A DNA stretch of 64,000 bases from Marmoricola sp. (GCA_025964775.1 JAOPYE010000024.1:29125-93124), one strand, 5' to 3'; positions 16,090 through 27,726 are shown, counted from the stretch's first letter. Numbers and translations are program-made. The notes: generated from the sequence alone by a model not told the origin.

Positions 16090-18806
16090 ACCGACGAGTA
16101 CGAGACCACCCCGCGGCGCAGCCGGGTGACGGCCTCCCGGGCCCGCTCCCGCAGCACCGGGTCTCCGGCGGCGTCGCCGACCTGACCGGCCAGGTCGAGG
16201 AGCTGCTTGACCCAGCGCACGAAGTCACCGGCGGCAAGGCCGGTTGCGTCCAGGACCTCGTCGAGATCGTCGCCCTCGGCCCAGCGGTAGGCAGCCCAGC
16301 AGAACCCGAAGTCCGGCTCACGGAGCTGGTCGAGCTTGTTCTCCCGCTCGAGCGCGTCCAGGTCCGCCCAGAGCGCGGTCATCTCGCGCAGGACCTCCTT
16401 GACCGGCCCGCCCGGCAATCGCGGCGACTGCGCGTCGTCCGCCTTGCGCGACTCGAACACCAGGGCCGAGAGCACCGACGCCAGCTGGCTGGCATCGAGG
16501 TCCTTCCAGAGCCCCACCCGCAACGACTCGGCCGTGACCAGGTCCATCTCGTTGTAGATCCGCATGAGCGTCCGCCCGCGCTTGGTCACGACGTCGTCCT
16601 CGAGGTACTCCAGGGCAGTCAGCACGTCGCAGACCCGGTCGAATTGCCGGGCGATGGTGTTGGTGCGCTGCTCGATGCGGCGACGCAGGGTCCGCGAATC
16701 GCGATCGAGCTTGTACCAGCGCTCCATCCAGCGGGCATGGTCCTCGCGATCGGGGCAGGAGTGACACGGGTGCTCGCGCAGCCTGCGGCGCAGCTCCTCG
16801 ATCTTCGCCGAGCCGTCTCCCCGGCCGGCGGTCACGTCGTCGCGCGTCGTGCCCGGTGGAGGCGGGGTGAAACCGTGGGTCCGGATCTTCAGGGTCGAGG
16901 CCAGGTCCCGCCGGGACTGGGCGTTGCGCCCGTTGAAGTTCTTCGGCACCTTCATCCGGGTCTGGACCACCACCGGGGTCGGGAAGTCCACGATGCTCAG
17001 TCGCCGTGCGTGCCGGTCATGGGTCAGGACGTAGGGACGCGGACCGTCGGTCGGAGAGCTCGTACCCGGATCGAGCACGACCGCCACGCCGGAGAACCGA
17101 CCGGCCGGGACCTCGATGACGTCGCCCGGGCGCAGTGCCTCCAGCGATGCGACCACCTCCGCGCGACGGTCGTGACGCCGCGACTTGGCCAGCCCTGCCT
17201 CGGTCTCGGAGAGCTCCCGGCGCAGGCGCGCGTACTCACCGAAGTCGCCGAGGTGGCAGCGAGCGGACTCGGCGTAGCCGTCGAGGGCGTCGTCGCTCTT
17301 GCGCAGCTGGCGCGCCAGACCGACCACGGCCTTGTCGGCCTGGAACTGTGCGAACGAGGACTCCAGCAGCTCCCGCGCACGTTCGCGCCCGAACTGGTGG
17401 ACGAGGTTCACCGCCATGTTGTACGACGGCGCGAACGACGACTTGAGCGGATAGGTGCGCGTGGACGCCAGTCCAGCCACCGACTTGGGCTCCAGCCCGG
17501 GCTGCCAGAGCACCACGCCGTGTCCCTCGACGTCGATGCCCCGTCGTCCCGCGCGACCCGTCAGCTGGGTGTACTCCCCCGGAGTGATGTCCGCGTGGGT
17601 CTCGCCGTTCCACTTCGACAGCTTCTCGATGACCACCGAGCGAGCCGGCATGTTGATCCCCAGCGCCAGGGTCTCGGTCGCGAAGACCACCCGGCACAGC
17701 CCACGCAGGAACAGCTCCTCGACGCACTCCTTGAAGGTCGGCAGCATGCCGGCGTGGTGCGCTGCAACGCCGCGGGTGAGCCCGTCGAGGAACTCGTGGT
17801 AGCCGAGGACCTGGAGGTCCTCCTCGGGGAGGTTCGAGCAGTGCTCCTCCACGAAGGCGAAGATCTCGTCACGTTCGGCCGGAGTGGTGAGCTTCAGGTT
17901 CGCGTTCAGGCACTGCTGCACAGCGGCGTCGCAACCGACCCGGCTGAAGATGAACACGATCGCCGGCAGCAGGCCGGCCCGGTCCAGCTGCTCGACCACG
18001 TCGGCCCGGCTGGGCACCCAGACCCGCCTGCCGTTGCCCGACTGGCGCGCGCGAGCGGGCTGGCGCTGGCCGCGCGGCGACCGGCGGTCACGCATCCGTC
18101 CGCTCATCAGGTCGTCGCGCGCGACCCGCAGCAGCTCCGGGTTGACCTCTTCCTGCCCCGGTTCGGCAGAGCCGTCCGAGAACAGGTCGAACAGCTTCCG
18201 CCCGACCAGGACGTGCTGGTACAGCGGCACCGGCCGACGCTCCTCGACGATCGTCACGGTCTCGCCGCGAACCGTCCCGAGCCACTCGCCGAACTCCTCG
18301 GCGTTGCTGACCGTGGCCGAGAGCGAGACCAGCGCCACCGAGTCGGGCAGATGGATGATCACCTCTTCCCAGACTGCTCCGCGGGAGCGGTCGGCCAGGT
18401 AGTGCACCTCGTCCATCACGACGTAGGCGAGGCCGGTCAGGGTGCGTGAACCGGCGTACAGCATGTTGCGCAGGACCTCGGTGGTCATCACCACGACCGG
18501 GGCATCGCCGTTGATGCTGTTGTCCCCCGTCAGCAGTCCGACGTTCTCCGCGCCGTACCGCTCGACGAGGTCGTTGAACTTCTGGTTCGACAGTGCCTTG
18601 ATCGGCGCGGTGTAGAAGCACTTGCGACCGCTCGCCAGGGCCAGGTGGACGGCGAACTCGCCGACGATCGTCTTGCCCGAGCCCGTCGGCGCAGCGACCA
18701 GCACCGAGTGGCCGTCCTCGAGGACCCGGCAGGCACGCAGCTGGAAGTCGTCGAGGGCGAAGGAGTAGTGCGCCGCGAAGTCCGCGAGGCCCGGGTGACC
18801 GCTCAT
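16080..18806 (-). CDS. helY: Ski2-like DEAD/DEAH-box helicase HelY
   Basis: FALDDFQ, AAPTGSGKT, VMDEVHYL, SLSATV, HHAGMLP, FATETLALGINMPA and LTGRAGRRG. Start MSGHPG at 18806 overlaps the upstream stop (ATGA). The track ORF to 19520 is a 5' extension into the neighbouring gene. Confidence 0.9.
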   Translation of the reverse strand: MSGHPGLADFAAHYSFALDDFQLRACRVLEDGHSVLVAAPTGSGKTIVGEFAVHLALASGRKCFYTAPIKALSNQKFNDLVERYGAENVGLLTGDNSINGDAPVVVMTTEVLRNMLYAGSRTLTGLAYVVMDEVHYLADRSRGAVWEEVIIHLPDSVALVSLSATVSNAEEFGEWLGTVRGETVTIVEERRPVPLYQHVLVGRKLFDLFSDGSAEPGQEEVNPELLRVARDDLMSGRMRDRRSPRGQRQPARARQSGNGRRVWVPSRADVVEQLDRAGLLPAIVFIFSRVGCDAAVQQCLNANLKLTTPAERDEIFAFVEEHCSNLPEEDLQVLGYHEFLDGLTRGVAAHHAGMLPTFKECVEELFLRGLCRVVFATETLALGINMPARSVVIEKLSKWNGETHADITPGEYTQLTGRAGRRGIDVEGHGVVLWQPGLEPKSVAGLASTRTYPLKSSFAPSYNMAVNLVHQFGRERARELLESSFAQFQADKAVVGLARQLRKSDDALDGYAESARCHLGDFGEYARLRRELSETEAGLAKSRRHDRRAEVVASLEALRPGDVIEVPAGRFSGVAVVLDPGTSSPTDGPRPYVLTHDRHARRLSIVDFPTPVVVQTRMKVPKNFNGRNAQSRRDLASTLKIRTHGFTPPPPGTTRDDVTAGRGDGSAKIEELRRRLREHPCHSCPDREDHARWMERWYKLDRDSRTLRRRIEQRTNTIARQFDRVCDVLTALEYLEDDVVTKRGRTLMRIYNEMDLVTAESLRVGLWKDLDASQLASVLSALVFESRKADDAQSPRLPGGPVKEVLREMTALWADLDALERENKLDQLREPDFGFCWAAYRWAEGDDLDEVLDATGLAAGDFVRWVKQLLDLAGQVGDAAGDPVLRERAREAVTRLRRGVVSYSSVAD

Positions 18807-19678
18807 GGCACCAGGACGCGAAGAGCCCCGGGCACCACCTCGACGGTCAGGGGCAGCGGTGCGATCCGCTCGCCGTCGGCGTACGCCACGATGCCGGGGG
18901 CTGCCACGGTGATCGAGCGACCGGTGAAGTGGTGCATCTTGGGGTGGTTCACGTGGCTGCCGGTGCGCAGCTTGGGGAACGTCCGGATCAGCTCGAGCTT
19001 GCCCATCGGGTCGATCGCCACCACGTCGAGCAGTCCGTCGTCCATCAGGGCTCCCTCGGTGATCCGCATCCCGCCGCCGAACGAGGGACCGTTGCCGACG
19101 GCGACCATCATCGCGTCGAAGCGGTGCTGGACGCCGTCGACCTCCAGGACGTACGGGATCGGGTTGAAGGTGCGGAGCTCGGCGAGCGTGGCGATGTTGT
19201 AGCGCATCTGGCCCTTGGGCCAGGTCATCTTGTTCGCCCGCTCGTTGACGATCGCGTCGAACCCGGCCGCCAGCACGGTGACGTAGTACCGGGCACCGAT
19301 GCGGGCGAGGTCGATCGTTCGTTCTTTGCCGGCGATGACCACGTCGGCGGCTGCGGCCGGATCCTTGAGCGGCAGGTCCAGGTTGCGGGCCACGTCGTTG
19401 CCGGTCCCGGCCGGGACCAGCCCGAGCCGGGTCTGGCTGCCGGCAAGCGCCTGGGCGGCCAGGTGGACCATGCCGTCGCCGCCGATCACGACCAGGGTCT
19501 CCACCCCGTCGACCACGCACTCGCGGGCCAGGTCGAGCGCCTCGTCGGCATCACGGCCCGTCAGCGCCCGTACGTCGTACCCGGCATCTGTCAGACGTGG
19601 AATCACCACGCCTCCGACCTGTCTGCCCTTGCCCTTGCCCGACGTGGGATTCGTCAGGACGGCGATCTCCTTGCGCAC
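18803..19678 (-). CDS. diacylglycerol kinase-family lipid kinase
   Basis: IAVLTNPTSGKGKG, VIGGDGMV and LGLVPAGTGNDVAR. Confidence 0.85.
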   Translation of the reverse strand: MRKEIAVLTNPTSGKGKGRQVGGVVIPRLTDAGYDVRALTGRDADEALDLARECVVDGVETLVVIGGDGMVHLAAQALAGSQTRLGLVPAGTGNDVARNLDLPLKDPAAAADVVIAGKERTIDLARIGARYYVTVLAAGFDAIVNERANKMTWPKGQMRYNIATLAELRTFNPIPYVLEVDGVQHRFDAMMVAVGNGPSFGGGMRITEGALMDDGLLDVVAIDPMGKLELIRTFPKLRTGSHVNHPKMHHFTGRSITVAAPGIVAYADGERIAPLPLTVEVVPGALRVLVP

Positions 19679-19722
19679 GACCCGACCCTAGCGGGGAGCA
19701 CACGCGCGCGGAGCAGCGACGC

Positions 19723-20565
19723 TCATGGCGCCTCGAGCGGTGAGGCCTGGTCGTCGTCCCAGTCGGGGATCGCTGCAGCACGCCGGCGGTCGACCAGGCG
19801 GGCCACCACCTCGGAGACCATGAAGAGCACGGTCATCGGGATGGCCAGCATGCACATCGTGAACGGGTCGGTGCTCGGCGTGGCCACGGCGGCGAAGGTG
19901 AAGACGCCGACGATGATCCACGGACGGTACTGGCCCAGCTTCTTGCCGCTGATCACGCCGGCCAGGTTGAGCATGATCACGAACAGCGGGATCTCGAAGG
20001 CGACCCCGAAGAGCAGCAGCAGGCGCACGACGAAGGAGAAGTACTCGTTGAACTCGACCAGGTTCTCGACGCTCTTGGGCGTCAGGCCGAGCAGGACGTG
20101 CAGGCCCTTGGGCAGGATCCAGTACCCGGTCGCGACGCCGGCGAGGAACAGCGGGCCGGCGACCGCGGCGAAGATGCGGGTCCACTTGCGTTCGTTCGGG
20201 TGCAGGCCCGGAAGGATGAACGACCAGATCTGGTAGAGCCAGTACGGGCTGCTGCACACCAGCGCCGCGGCAGCGCAGAGCTTGATCTGCAGCAGGAACG
20301 GGCCGCCCACACCGGAGATCACCGGCAGGCTCACCCGGCCGGCTCCAAGAAGCTCGCGGGCATGGTTGTACGGCTTGAGCAGCAGGTCGAAGAGCTGGTT
20401 GTAGAAGAAGAACGCCACGATCACCAGGACCAGGAAGACCAGCAGCGACCGGAACAGTCGAGCCCGAAGCTCACGGAAGTGGTCGGCCAGCGCCATCTGA
20501 CCGCCCGCGCCGACGGCGGAGCTGGGTTTGGTCGAGAAGAGGCTGACGATGCGGCGCACCGTCAT
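19723..20565 (-). CDS. tatC: twin-arginine translocase subunit TatC
   Basis: HFRELRARLFRS, six predicted TM segments, and gene order tatA-tatC. Confidence 0.9.
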   Translation of the reverse strand: MTVRRIVSLFSTKPSSAVGAGGQMALADHFRELRARLFRSLLVFLVLVIVAFFFYNQLFDLLLKPYNHARELLGAGRVSLPVISGVGGPFLLQIKLCAAAALVCSSPYWLYQIWSFILPGLHPNERKWTRIFAAVAGPLFLAGVATGYWILPKGLHVLLGLTPKSVENLVEFNEYFSFVVRLLLLFGVAFEIPLFVIMLNLAGVISGKKLGQYRPWIIVGVFTFAAVATPSTDPFTMCMLAIPMTVLFMVSEVVARLVDRRRAAAIPDWDDDQASPLEAP

Positions 20566-20576
20566 CGTGCGGCGGG

Positions 20577-20876
20577 TCAGTCGGTGCCGGCGTCGCGCCG
20601 GACTGCTTCAGGCTCGACCGGCGGCGATGCCTGGACGGGAGCAGCAGGCGCAGCGGTGTCCGTCGGTTGTGCCGCGGCCCCGGAGTCGAGCTGGCCGGCG
20701 GTCTTCGCAGGCGCGTCCTCGTCATCGGTGAAGACGCCCTTGGTCTCGGCCTTGAAGATGCGCAGCGCGCGTCCGCTGCCGCGAGCGAGCTCAGGGAGCT
20801 TCTTGCCGCCGAAGACGAGCAGGACGACAGCAAGCAGAACGATGATGTGCCAGGGCTCCAGGCCGTTCCTGAGCAT
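20577..20876 (-). CDS. tatA: twin-arginine translocase subunit TatA
   Basis: HIIVLLAVVLLVFGGKKLPELARGSGRALRIFKAE. Confidence 0.9.
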   Translation of the reverse strand: MLRNGLEPWHIIVLLAVVLLVFGGKKLPELARGSGRALRIFKAETKGVFTDDEDAPAKTAGQLDSGAAAQPTDTAAPAAPVQASPPVEPEAVRRDAGTD

Positions 20877-20946
20877 GTCGTTGCCTTTCGCTTAACGTGC
20901 GCGGGGAAACCGGTGAGACGGGCCGTTCGAGGGCGCCCACACCATC

Positions 20947-21933
20947 CTACGACGTGGCCTGCTGCAACCGCAGCGCGGACCGCGCGACGGCCCGTACCTG
21001 CTCCCCCAGCGCCGCCGGTTCGAGGACGGTGAGCCCGTGCCCGAAGCGCATCGCCAAGCGGACCAGCCACTGTTCGTCACCTACCGAGAGGGCCACCTCG
21101 AGCCCGCCGTCATCGGTCTCGCACGTCGTCAGCACCGGGTAGTACTCCGCGAACCAGCGCATCTCGCGGCTCAACCGCAGGCGCGCGACCAGGTCGTCCG
21201 GCCCGGCCTCGAAGAGGCCCTCGGCGAGATCGCGCGGTTCGAGGTCCGGCACGGCACGCGGGCTCTCGAGCACCTCGCTGCCCACGATCCGGTCCAGCCG
21301 GAACAGCCGACGGTCGACTGCCAGGTGGCACCAGGCATCCAGGTAGCTCTTGCCGTCACGGGTCAGCAGCGCGATCGGGTCCACGACCCGGTCGGTGGTC
21401 TCGTCACGGCTGGGCACGAGGTAGGAGATCCGGAGCTGCCGGTTGGCGCTCACCCCGCGCTCGATCATCCCCCGCGTCGCCTGCTCGGCGAGCCTCTGCT
21501 CGGGGATCCGGACGTCGACCAGTGGAGTGGCGCCTCCGGCCTCGGTGGCAGCCTCCAGCTTGGCGAGCGTGCGTTCGACGACGTCCCGGGACGCGACCGG
21601 GCTGGAATCCAGCAGCGCGCGCAGCGCCACGATCAGGGCCGAGGCCTCGTTGCTGCCCAGCCGCAGTGGCCGGGCGAGGAAGTCTGCGTTGTCGATCCTG
21701 ACCAGGCCGTCCGGGTCGTCCTCGAGCGCCTCGACGTTGATGTCGATCAGCTCGGCCGGCCCGAACCCGGGCAGGCCGCACATGTAGAGCACCCGGAGAT
21801 CCTTGAGCATCTGGTCGGACGTCACCCCGAAGTCTGCGGCGACCTCCTTCAGCGGAACCTCGCCTCGTCTCTGCAGGTACGGCGCGAGGGCGAGCAGCCT
21901 GGCCAGCTGGTCGCGGGTCGAGGCCCCGCTCAT
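20947..21933 (-). CDS. pafC: HTH-WYL regulator PafC
   Basis: LARLLALAPYLQRRGEVPLKEVAADFGVTSDQMLKDLRVLYMCGLPGFGPAELIDIN. It is the third gene after pafA and overlaps the pafB stop. Confidence 0.8.
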   Translation of the reverse strand: MSGASTRDQLARLLALAPYLQRRGEVPLKEVAADFGVTSDQMLKDLRVLYMCGLPGFGPAELIDINVEALEDDPDGLVRIDNADFLARPLRLGSNEASALIVALRALLDSSPVASRDVVERTLAKLEAATEAGGATPLVDVRIPEQRLAEQATRGMIERGVSANRQLRISYLVPSRDETTDRVVDPIALLTRDGKSYLDAWCHLAVDRRLFRLDRIVGSEVLESPRAVPDLEPRDLAEGLFEAGPDDLVARLRLSREMRWFAEYYPVLTTCETDDGGLEVALSVGDEQWLVRLAMRFGHGLTVLEPAALGEQVRAVARSALRLQQATS

Positions 21934-22910
21934 CGTCCGGCTCCGCTCAGGGAGGCCAGCCGGTCGGCAACCAGCGCCGCGAGCTCAGCAGGCTCCACCG
22001 CCACGACGTCACCGAGGTGCGAGAGGACGTCCCCGGCAAGCTCGTCGCGGGAGTACATCGTGACCCGGAGCCGGTCCCACGCCGTGTCGCGATCCGGGCC
22101 GTCGATCCCCGGCGTCACCTCGATCGCCCGACGACGCATCAGGACGGCGCTGCCCTGGCGGGCCAGAACGGTCGCCGAGGTACTCGGCCGGGCCGGGGCC
22201 AGTGCCGAGGTCAGGGCACGCACGTCGGTTCCTGCCGGGACCTCGAAGGACCCCGCACGACCGTCGGCGGCGACGGCGCCCTCGATGCGACTCAGCCGGA
22301 ACATGCGTGGCTCACCACGATCCTTGTCGAAACCGACGACGTACCAGCGTTCGCGGGAGGTCACGACCCCCCACGGCTCGAGGTGTCGCAGCGTCGGTTC
22401 GGGGTCGGAGGGGCGGCGGTAGTCGAAGCGGACCGGGGTCCGGCTGATCGTCATGGCCCACATCGCGTCGAAGGCGGGTTCGTCGGCCTCGACCCGCGGC
22501 TGCAGCACGTCCAGGGCGTCACGATCGACGTCGTGCCCGGCCGCGCGGAGCTTGACCAGCGCGTGCGAGGTCGCCGACGCCAGCCCGGCGTGCTGCCAGA
22601 CGCGGGCGGCGAGGCCGAGGACCGCGACCTCATCGGGTTCCAGGTCGAGGTCGGGAAGCTCGAACGCGTCGCGCGCGATCCGGTAGCCCTGCTCGTCCTC
22701 GAAGAACTTGTCGACGTACCCGAGCTCGAGAGGGATGCCGAGCGCGCGGAGCTCGGCCTTGTCACGCTCGAACATCTTCTCGAAGGCCTCGTCCTCGGAG
22801 CCGTGGTAGCCCTCGATGACCTCCCGGATGCGTTCCTTGGTCACGTAGTTGCGCGACACGAGCAGCATGATCACGAGGTTCAACAAGCGTTCGGACTTCG
22901 ATGCGGTCAC
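21930..22910 (-). CDS. pafB: HTH-WYL regulator PafB
   Basis: SERLLNLVIMLLVSRNYVTKERIREVI...AFEKMFERDKAELRALGIPLE plus a WYL-type C-terminal half. Confidence 0.8.
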   Translation of the reverse strand: MTASKSERLLNLVIMLLVSRNYVTKERIREVIEGYHGSEDEAFEKMFERDKAELRALGIPLELGYVDKFFEDEQGYRIARDAFELPDLDLEPDEVAVLGLAARVWQHAGLASATSHALVKLRAAGHDVDRDALDVLQPRVEADEPAFDAMWAMTISRTPVRFDYRRPSDPEPTLRHLEPWGVVTSRERWYVVGFDKDRGEPRMFRLSRIEGAVAADGRAGSFEVPAGTDVRALTSALAPARPSTSATVLARQGSAVLMRRRAIEVTPGIDGPDRDTAWDRLRVTMYSRDELAGDVLSHLGDVVAVEPAELAALVADRLASLSGAGR

Positions 22911-23025
22911 GGTGCCCCTCTCTGCTCAGAGTCAGTACGTCGATGGCGTACGCGATCGTCCCATGCGCCGGCGGCGACCGGGCATCGGGCAGCCACCAGC
23001 ACGGCGACGTGCCGGGTGCGCATGC

Positions 23026-24387
23026 TCACATGCCTTCGATGAGCCGTTCGACGCGCTCGTCGTGCGACCGGAACGGGTCCTTGCACAGCACCGTGCGCTG
23101 GGCCTGGTCGTTGAGCTTGAGATGGACCCAGTCGACCGTGAAGTCGCGACGCCGTTCCTGGGCGCGCTTGATGAAGTTGCCGCGCAGCCGTGCCCGGGTC
23201 GTCTGGGGCGGGACCGACTTGGCGGCGAAAACGTCCAGGTCGTTGGTCACCCGGGTGACGGCCCCGCGCTTCTCCAGCAGGTAGTACAGGCCCCGGTCGC
23301 GGTGGATGTCGTGGTACGCCAGGTCGAGCTGGGCGACCCGCGGGTGCCCCAGCGACAGGTCGTTCTGGGAGCGGTAGCGGTCGATCAGCTTCCACTTGAT
23401 CACCCAGTCGATCTCACGCTCGACCAGGGACAGGTCGCCGGACTCGACCGCCTTGAGGCCGCGTTCCCACAGGTCCAGGGAGCGCTCGATCACCGGGGTG
23501 TGCAGCTCGCGGCGGTCGACGAAGTCGCGGGCCCGGGACAGGTACTCCATCTGGATGTCCAGGACGCTGGCCTCGCGGCCGTTGGCCAGCAGCACCTTCT
23601 TGCGACCGGTCATGTCGTGCGAGATCTCCCGGATGGCCCGGATCGGGTTCTCCATCGTGAGGTCGCGCATCACCACGCCCTCCTCGATCATCCGCAGCAC
23701 CAGGTCGCAGGAGGCGACCTTGAGCATCGTGGTGGTCTCGCTCATGTTCGAGTCGCCGACGATGACGTGAAGCCGGCGGAAGCGCTCGGCGTCCGCGTGC
23801 GGTTCGTCGCGGGTGTTGATGATCGGACGGGACCTGGTCGTGGCGCTGGAGACGCCCTCCCAGATGTGCTCGGCCCGCTGGCTCAGCGAGTACGACGCGC
23901 CGCGAGGCGTCTGGATCACCTTCCCGGCGCCGACGATGACCTGGCGGGTCACCAGGAACGGGATCAGGACGTCGGCGAGCTTGCTGAACTCCCCGTTGCG
24001 ACTGACCAGGTAGTTCTCGTGGCAGCCGTAGGAGTTGCCGGCCGAGTCGGTGTTGTTCTTGAAGAGGTAGACGTCGCCCGAGATGCCTTCGTCGTGAAGC
24101 CGCCGCTCGGCGTCGATCAGCAGACCTTCGAGGATGCGCTCGCCGGCCTTGTCGTGGGTGACCAGGTCGATGATGTCGTCGCACTCCGGCGTCGCGTACT
24201 CGGGGTGGCTGCCGACGTCGAGGTAGAGCCGGGCGCCGTTGCGCAGGAACACGTTGCTGCTGCGGCCCCAGCTGACGACCTTGCGGAACAGGTAGCGGGC
24301 GACCTCGTCCGGCGAGAGACGCCGCTGCCCCTTGAAGGTGCAGGTGACGCCGTACTCGTTCTCGATCCCGAAGATCCGCCGGTCCAC
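23026..24387 (-). CDS. pafA: Pup--protein ligase PafA
   Basis: [45 protein letters not shown] and [28 protein letters not shown]. Confidence 0.9.
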   Translation of the reverse strand: MDRRIFGIENEYGVTCTFKGQRRLSPDEVARYLFRKVVSWGRSSNVFLRNGARLYLDVGSHPEYATPECDDIIDLVTHDKAGERILEGLLIDAERRLHDEGISGDVYLFKNNTDSAGNSYGCHENYLVSRNGEFSKLADVLIPFLVTRQVIVGAGKVIQTPRGASYSLSQRAEHIWEGVSSATTRSRPIINTRDEPHADAERFRRLHVIVGDSNMSETTTMLKVASCDLVLRMIEEGVVMRDLTMENPIRAIREISHDMTGRKKVLLANGREASVLDIQMEYLSRARDFVDRRELHTPVIERSLDLWERGLKAVESGDLSLVEREIDWVIKWKLIDRYRSQNDLSLGHPRVAQLDLAYHDIHRDRGLYYLLEKRGAVTRVTNDLDVFAAKSVPPQTTRARLRGNFIKRAQERRRDFTVDWVHLKLNDQAQRTVLCKDPFRSHDERVERLIEGM

Positions 24388-24396
24388 ACACCCACC

Positions 24397-25095
24397 CTAT
24401 GCTTCGGCGAGCAACCCCGAGAGGGAATCGCCGCTGAGCCGGCGGAACTTGCGCGGCAGCGTCCGGGTGCGGTCCAGGACCGCGACCTCGAGGTCTCCGG
24501 CCGGGATGGTGCGGCCGTCCTCCCCCGACTGAGCGAGTGCCTTGACCGCGAGCCGGATCGCCGCGTCCAGCGACAGGCCGCCCTCGAAGTGTTCCTTGAG
24601 GTAGGTGTCGACGGCCTCGGCATCGCCGCCCATCGCCGCGTAGTCGTGCTCGTCGGCGACCTGGCCGTCGTAGGTCAGCCGGTAGATCTGGTCGTCCTCG
24701 ACCGCATCACCGACCTCGGCGACGAAGATCTCCACCTCGTAGGGCTTCTCGCCACCGGAGGAGAAGATCGTCCCGAGCGTCTGGGCGTAGGCGTTCGCCA
24801 GGCCCCGCCCGGTCACGTCCACCCGGTCGTAGGAGTACCCGCGCAGGTCGGCCAGGCGCACGCCGGCGATCCGCAGGTTCTCGAACTCGTTGTACCGCCC
24901 GACTGCGGCGAAGGCGATCCGGTCGTAGATCTCGCTGACCTTGTGCAGCGCCTTGGACGGGTTCTCCGAGACGAAGACCACCCCGTCGGCGTACTGGATC
25001 ACGACGACCGAACGACCGCGGGCGATGCCCTTGCGCGCGAAGTCCGCACGGTCCTTCATCAGCTGCTCGGGCGAGACGTAGAACGGCATGCTCAT
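24397..25095 (-). CDS. prcA: proteasome subunit alpha
   Basis: [32 protein letters not shown]. Confidence 0.9.
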   Translation of the reverse strand: MSMPFYVSPEQLMKDRADFARKGIARGRSVVVIQYADGVVFVSENPSKALHKVSEIYDRIAFAAVGRYNEFENLRIAGVRLADLRGYSYDRVDVTGRGLANAYAQTLGTIFSSGGEKPYEVEIFVAEVGDAVEDDQIYRLTYDGQVADEHDYAAMGGDAEAVDTYLKEHFEGGLSLDAAIRLAVKALAQSGEDGRTIPAGDLEVAVLDRTRTLPRKFRRLSGDSLSGLLAEA

Positions 25096-25107
25096 CGGTC
25101 GAAGTCC

Positions 25108-25959
25108 TCAGTTCAGGGCCGCGTTGGGGCCGTCAGGGCGCTGCATGCGGCCGGCGACGACGCGATCGGCGATCTCGGCCACCTCGGCCTCGGGCATCCG
25201 CTGCTGGCCGTCGCCGGTGATGACGTGCACCACCGGGAAGATCCGCCGGGTCAGGTCCGGGCCACCGGTGGCCGAGTCGTCGTCGGCGGCGTCGTAGAGC
25301 GCCTGGACCGCGGCCGTGACGCAGTCGGTCGCGTCGAAGTCGCCGCGGTAGAGCTTCTTCAGCGAACCGCGGGCGAAGACCGATCCCGAGCCGACGGAGT
25401 GGAACGCGGTTTCCTCGTAGCGACCACCGGTCACGTCGTAACTGAAGATCCGGCCGAAGCCTGCTCGGCGGTCGTACCCGGCGAAGAGCGGTACGACGGC
25501 AAGGCCCTGCATCGCGAGCGCCAGGTTGTTGCGGATCAGCGCCGAGAGCCGATTGGCCTTGCCGTCCATCGAGAGCGTGCTTCCCTCGATCTTCTCGTAG
25601 TGCTCGAGCTCGGTCTGGAAGAGTCGCACCATCTCGACCGCGAGCCCGGCCGAGCCGGCGATGCCGACGCAGGAGAACTCGTCGGCGGGGAAGACCTTCT
25701 CGATGTCGCGCTGGGCGATGACGTTGCCCATCGTGGCGCGGCGGTCGCCGGCCATCACGACCCCGTCGGTGAAGGTGGCCGCGACGATCGTGGTGCCGTG
25801 CGGCGCGAGGTCGGCCGGGCTTCCGGCGGGCAGAGCCCGTCGGGCGGGCAACAGCTCGGGCGAGACCTCACCCAGGAAGTCGGCGAACGAGGACGTGCCC
25901 GGGCTCAGGAAGGCGTCGGGCAGGCGGGCCGAGCTGCGCCCGGACGATTCAGCGCTCAC
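25108..25959 (-). CDS. prcB: proteasome subunit beta
   Basis: Propeptide followed by [10 protein letters not shown] (Thr1 nucleophile). GTG at 25959 overlaps the pup stop (GTGA). The track ORF to 26199 runs through pup in another frame. Confidence 0.9.
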   Translation of the reverse strand: MSAESSGRSSARLPDAFLSPGTSSFADFLGEVSPELLPARRALPAGSPADLAPHGTTIVAATFTDGVVMAGDRRATMGNVIAQRDIEKVFPADEFSCVGIAGSAGLAVEMVRLFQTELEHYEKIEGSTLSMDGKANRLSALIRNNLALAMQGLAVVPLFAGYDRRAGFGRIFSYDVTGGRYEETAFHSVGSGSVFARGSLKKLYRGDFDATDCVTAAVQALYDAADDDSATGGPDLTRRIFPVVHVITGDGQQRMPEAEVAEIADRVVAGRMQRPDGPNAALN

Positions 25960-26159
25960 TGGCCGCCCTTCTGGATGAACGACTTCACGAAGTCCTCGGC
26001 ATTGGTCTCGAGCACGTCGTCGATCTCGTCGAGGATCGCGTCGATGTCCTCGTCGAGCTGCTCCTTGCGCTCGGCGACGGCGCCTGCAGGCGCCGTGGTG
26101 TCCTCGACACCCTCCTCGGTCTCCGAGGACTTGCGCGGCTGCTTCTGCTCCTGTGCCAT
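25956..26159 (-). CDS. pup: prokaryotic ubiquitin-like protein Pup
   Basis: [13 protein letters not shown]...[32 protein letters not shown], 67 aa, with a C-terminal GGQ. Confidence 0.9.
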   Translation of the reverse strand: MAQEQKQPRKSSETEEGVEDTTAPAGAVAERKEQLDEDIDAILDEIDDVLETNAEDFVKSFIQKGGQ

Positions 26160-26220
26160 CGGCGTCTCCTTCCCATCCCCCTGGCTGCTCACCCCGCAAC
26201 GCGGGCCAGTACTACCGACC

Positions 26221-27726
26221 CTAGCGAGTCAGCGCTGAGAACAGGGCCAGAGCCGTGTCACTCGCATCGATCAATTCCCCCACGTGGGCCTTGCTGCCCC
26301 GCAAGGGGTCGATGGTGGGCACCCGCTGGAGGGAGTCGTGACCCGGGAGGTCGAAGATCACCGAGTCCCAGGAGGCTGCCGCGATGCTGTCGGGGTACTT
26401 GTCCAGGCACCGGCCGCGGAAGTACGCACGCGTGTCCGTCGGCGGGTCGTGCATGGCCGCCGTGACGGCCGCCGGCTCGAGCAGCCGCTGCATCCGGCCC
26501 ATGCCCACGAGCCGGTGGTACAGGCCCTTCTCCGGCCGGATGTCGGCGTACTGGAGGTCGATGAGGTGCAGCTTCGCGTCGTCCCACTCCAGGCCGTCGC
26601 GGTCCCGGTAGGACTCGAGCAGCTTGAGCTTGGCGACCCAGTCGAGCTCGGTCGCGCACTCGAACGGGTCGCGTTCGAGCCGGTTCAGGACCGACTCCCA
26701 GCGAGCCAGTACGTCGGCGGTGTCCGGGTCGACGTCCGACCCGTACCGCTCGGCGACGTAGGCGCTCGCGAGCGAGAAGTACTCCCACTGCAGCTGGACG
26801 GCGGTCAGCGTCTGGCCGCCCTCGCGCTCGAGGAGGTAGGTCAGCCCGGGGTCGTGCGACACGGCGCGCAGCGAGGCCACCGGGTTGAAGACCGAGAGGT
26901 CTGAGGTCATGTACCGGTTCTCGATCATGTCGAGCACCAGGGCCGTCGTGCCGACCTTGAGGTACGTCGAGGTCTCCGACAGGTTCGCGTCGCCCAGGAT
27001 GACGTGCAGCCGGCGGTACTTCTCCGGATCCGCGTGCGGTTCGTCCCGGGTGTTGATCAGGGGGCGCTTGAGCGTGGTCTCCAGCCCGACCTCGACCTCG
27101 AAGAAGTCCGACCGCTGCGCGATCTGGAAGCCGTGTTCGCGACCGTCCTGGCCGATGCCGACCCGACCGGCACCGCAGACGACCTGGCGCGAGACGAAGA
27201 ACGGGATCAGGTGCCTGACGATCTCGCCGAACGGCGTGGACCTGTTCATGAGGTAGTTCTCGTGCGCGCCGTAGGAGGCACCCTTGTTGTCGGTGTTGTT
27301 CTTGTAGAGCACCAGGTCCGGCTCACCGGCGACCGACGCGAACCTGCAGGCGTCCAGGGCGACCTGCTCTCCTGCCTTGTCCCACAGCACCGCGTCCATC
27401 GGGTTGGTGACCTCCGGGGTCGAGTACTCCGGGTGGGCGTGGTCGACGTACAGCCGGGCGCCGTTGGTGAGGATCACGTTCGCCAGGCCGAGGTCCTCAT
27501 CGGTCAGCTGGCTGGGGTCGGCGACCTCGCGGGCCAGGTCGAAGCCGCGCGCGTCCCGCAGTGGCGACTCCTCCTCGAAGTCCCAACGTGCCCGCCGGGC
27601 GTGCAGCTCGGCACTGGCATAGGCGTTGACCAGGCGCGTGCTCGCGAGCATCGGGTTGGCGTGCGGCTGCCCGACGACAGAGATGCCGAACTCGGTCTCG
27701 GTCCCCATGATCCTGCGCACGCCCAT
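26221..27726 (-). CDS. dop: Pup deamidase/depupylase Dop
   Basis: [68 protein letters not shown] and a C-terminal RGSKAHVG. Confidence 0.9.
   Translation of the reverse strand: MGVRRIMGTETEFGISVVGQPHANPMLASTRLVNAYASAELHARRARWDFEEESPLRDARGFDLAREVADPSQLTDEDLGLANVILTNGARLYVDHAHPEYSTPEVTNPMDAVLWDKAGEQVALDACRFASVAGEPDLVLYKNNTDNKGASYGAHENYLMNRSTPFGEIVRHLIPFFVSRQVVCGAGRVGIGQDGREHGFQIAQRSDFFEVEVGLETTLKRPLINTRDEPHADPEKYRRLHVILGDANLSETSTYLKVGTTALVLDMIENRYMTSDLSVFNPVASLRAVSHDPGLTYLLEREGGQTLTAVQLQWEYFSLASAYVAERYGSDVDPDTADVLARWESVLNRLERDPFECATELDWVAKLKLLESYRDRDGLEWDDAKLHLIDLQYADIRPEKGLYHRLVGMGRMQRLLEPAAVTAAMHDPPTDTRAYFRGRCLDKYPDSIAAASWDSVIFDLPGHDSLQRVPTIDPLRGSKAHVGELIDASDTALALFSALTR

Noticed and set aside
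16644-18449. 601-aa + strand ORF, plus many 100-400-aa ORFs in alternative frames across the window (e.g. 2573-3862, 4330-5568, 5142-6425, 12193-13335, 34821-36152, 42454-43602, 48873-50255, 52223-54187).
   Set aside because: All overlap genes with clear family signatures on the other strand or frame. They have Arg/Pro/Gly-dominated translations, as expected from third-position GC bias.
22849-26238. 1129-aa + strand ORF spanning pafA, prcA, prcB and pup.
   Set aside because: It is antisense to four well-supported genes and has biased composition. A shadow ORF.
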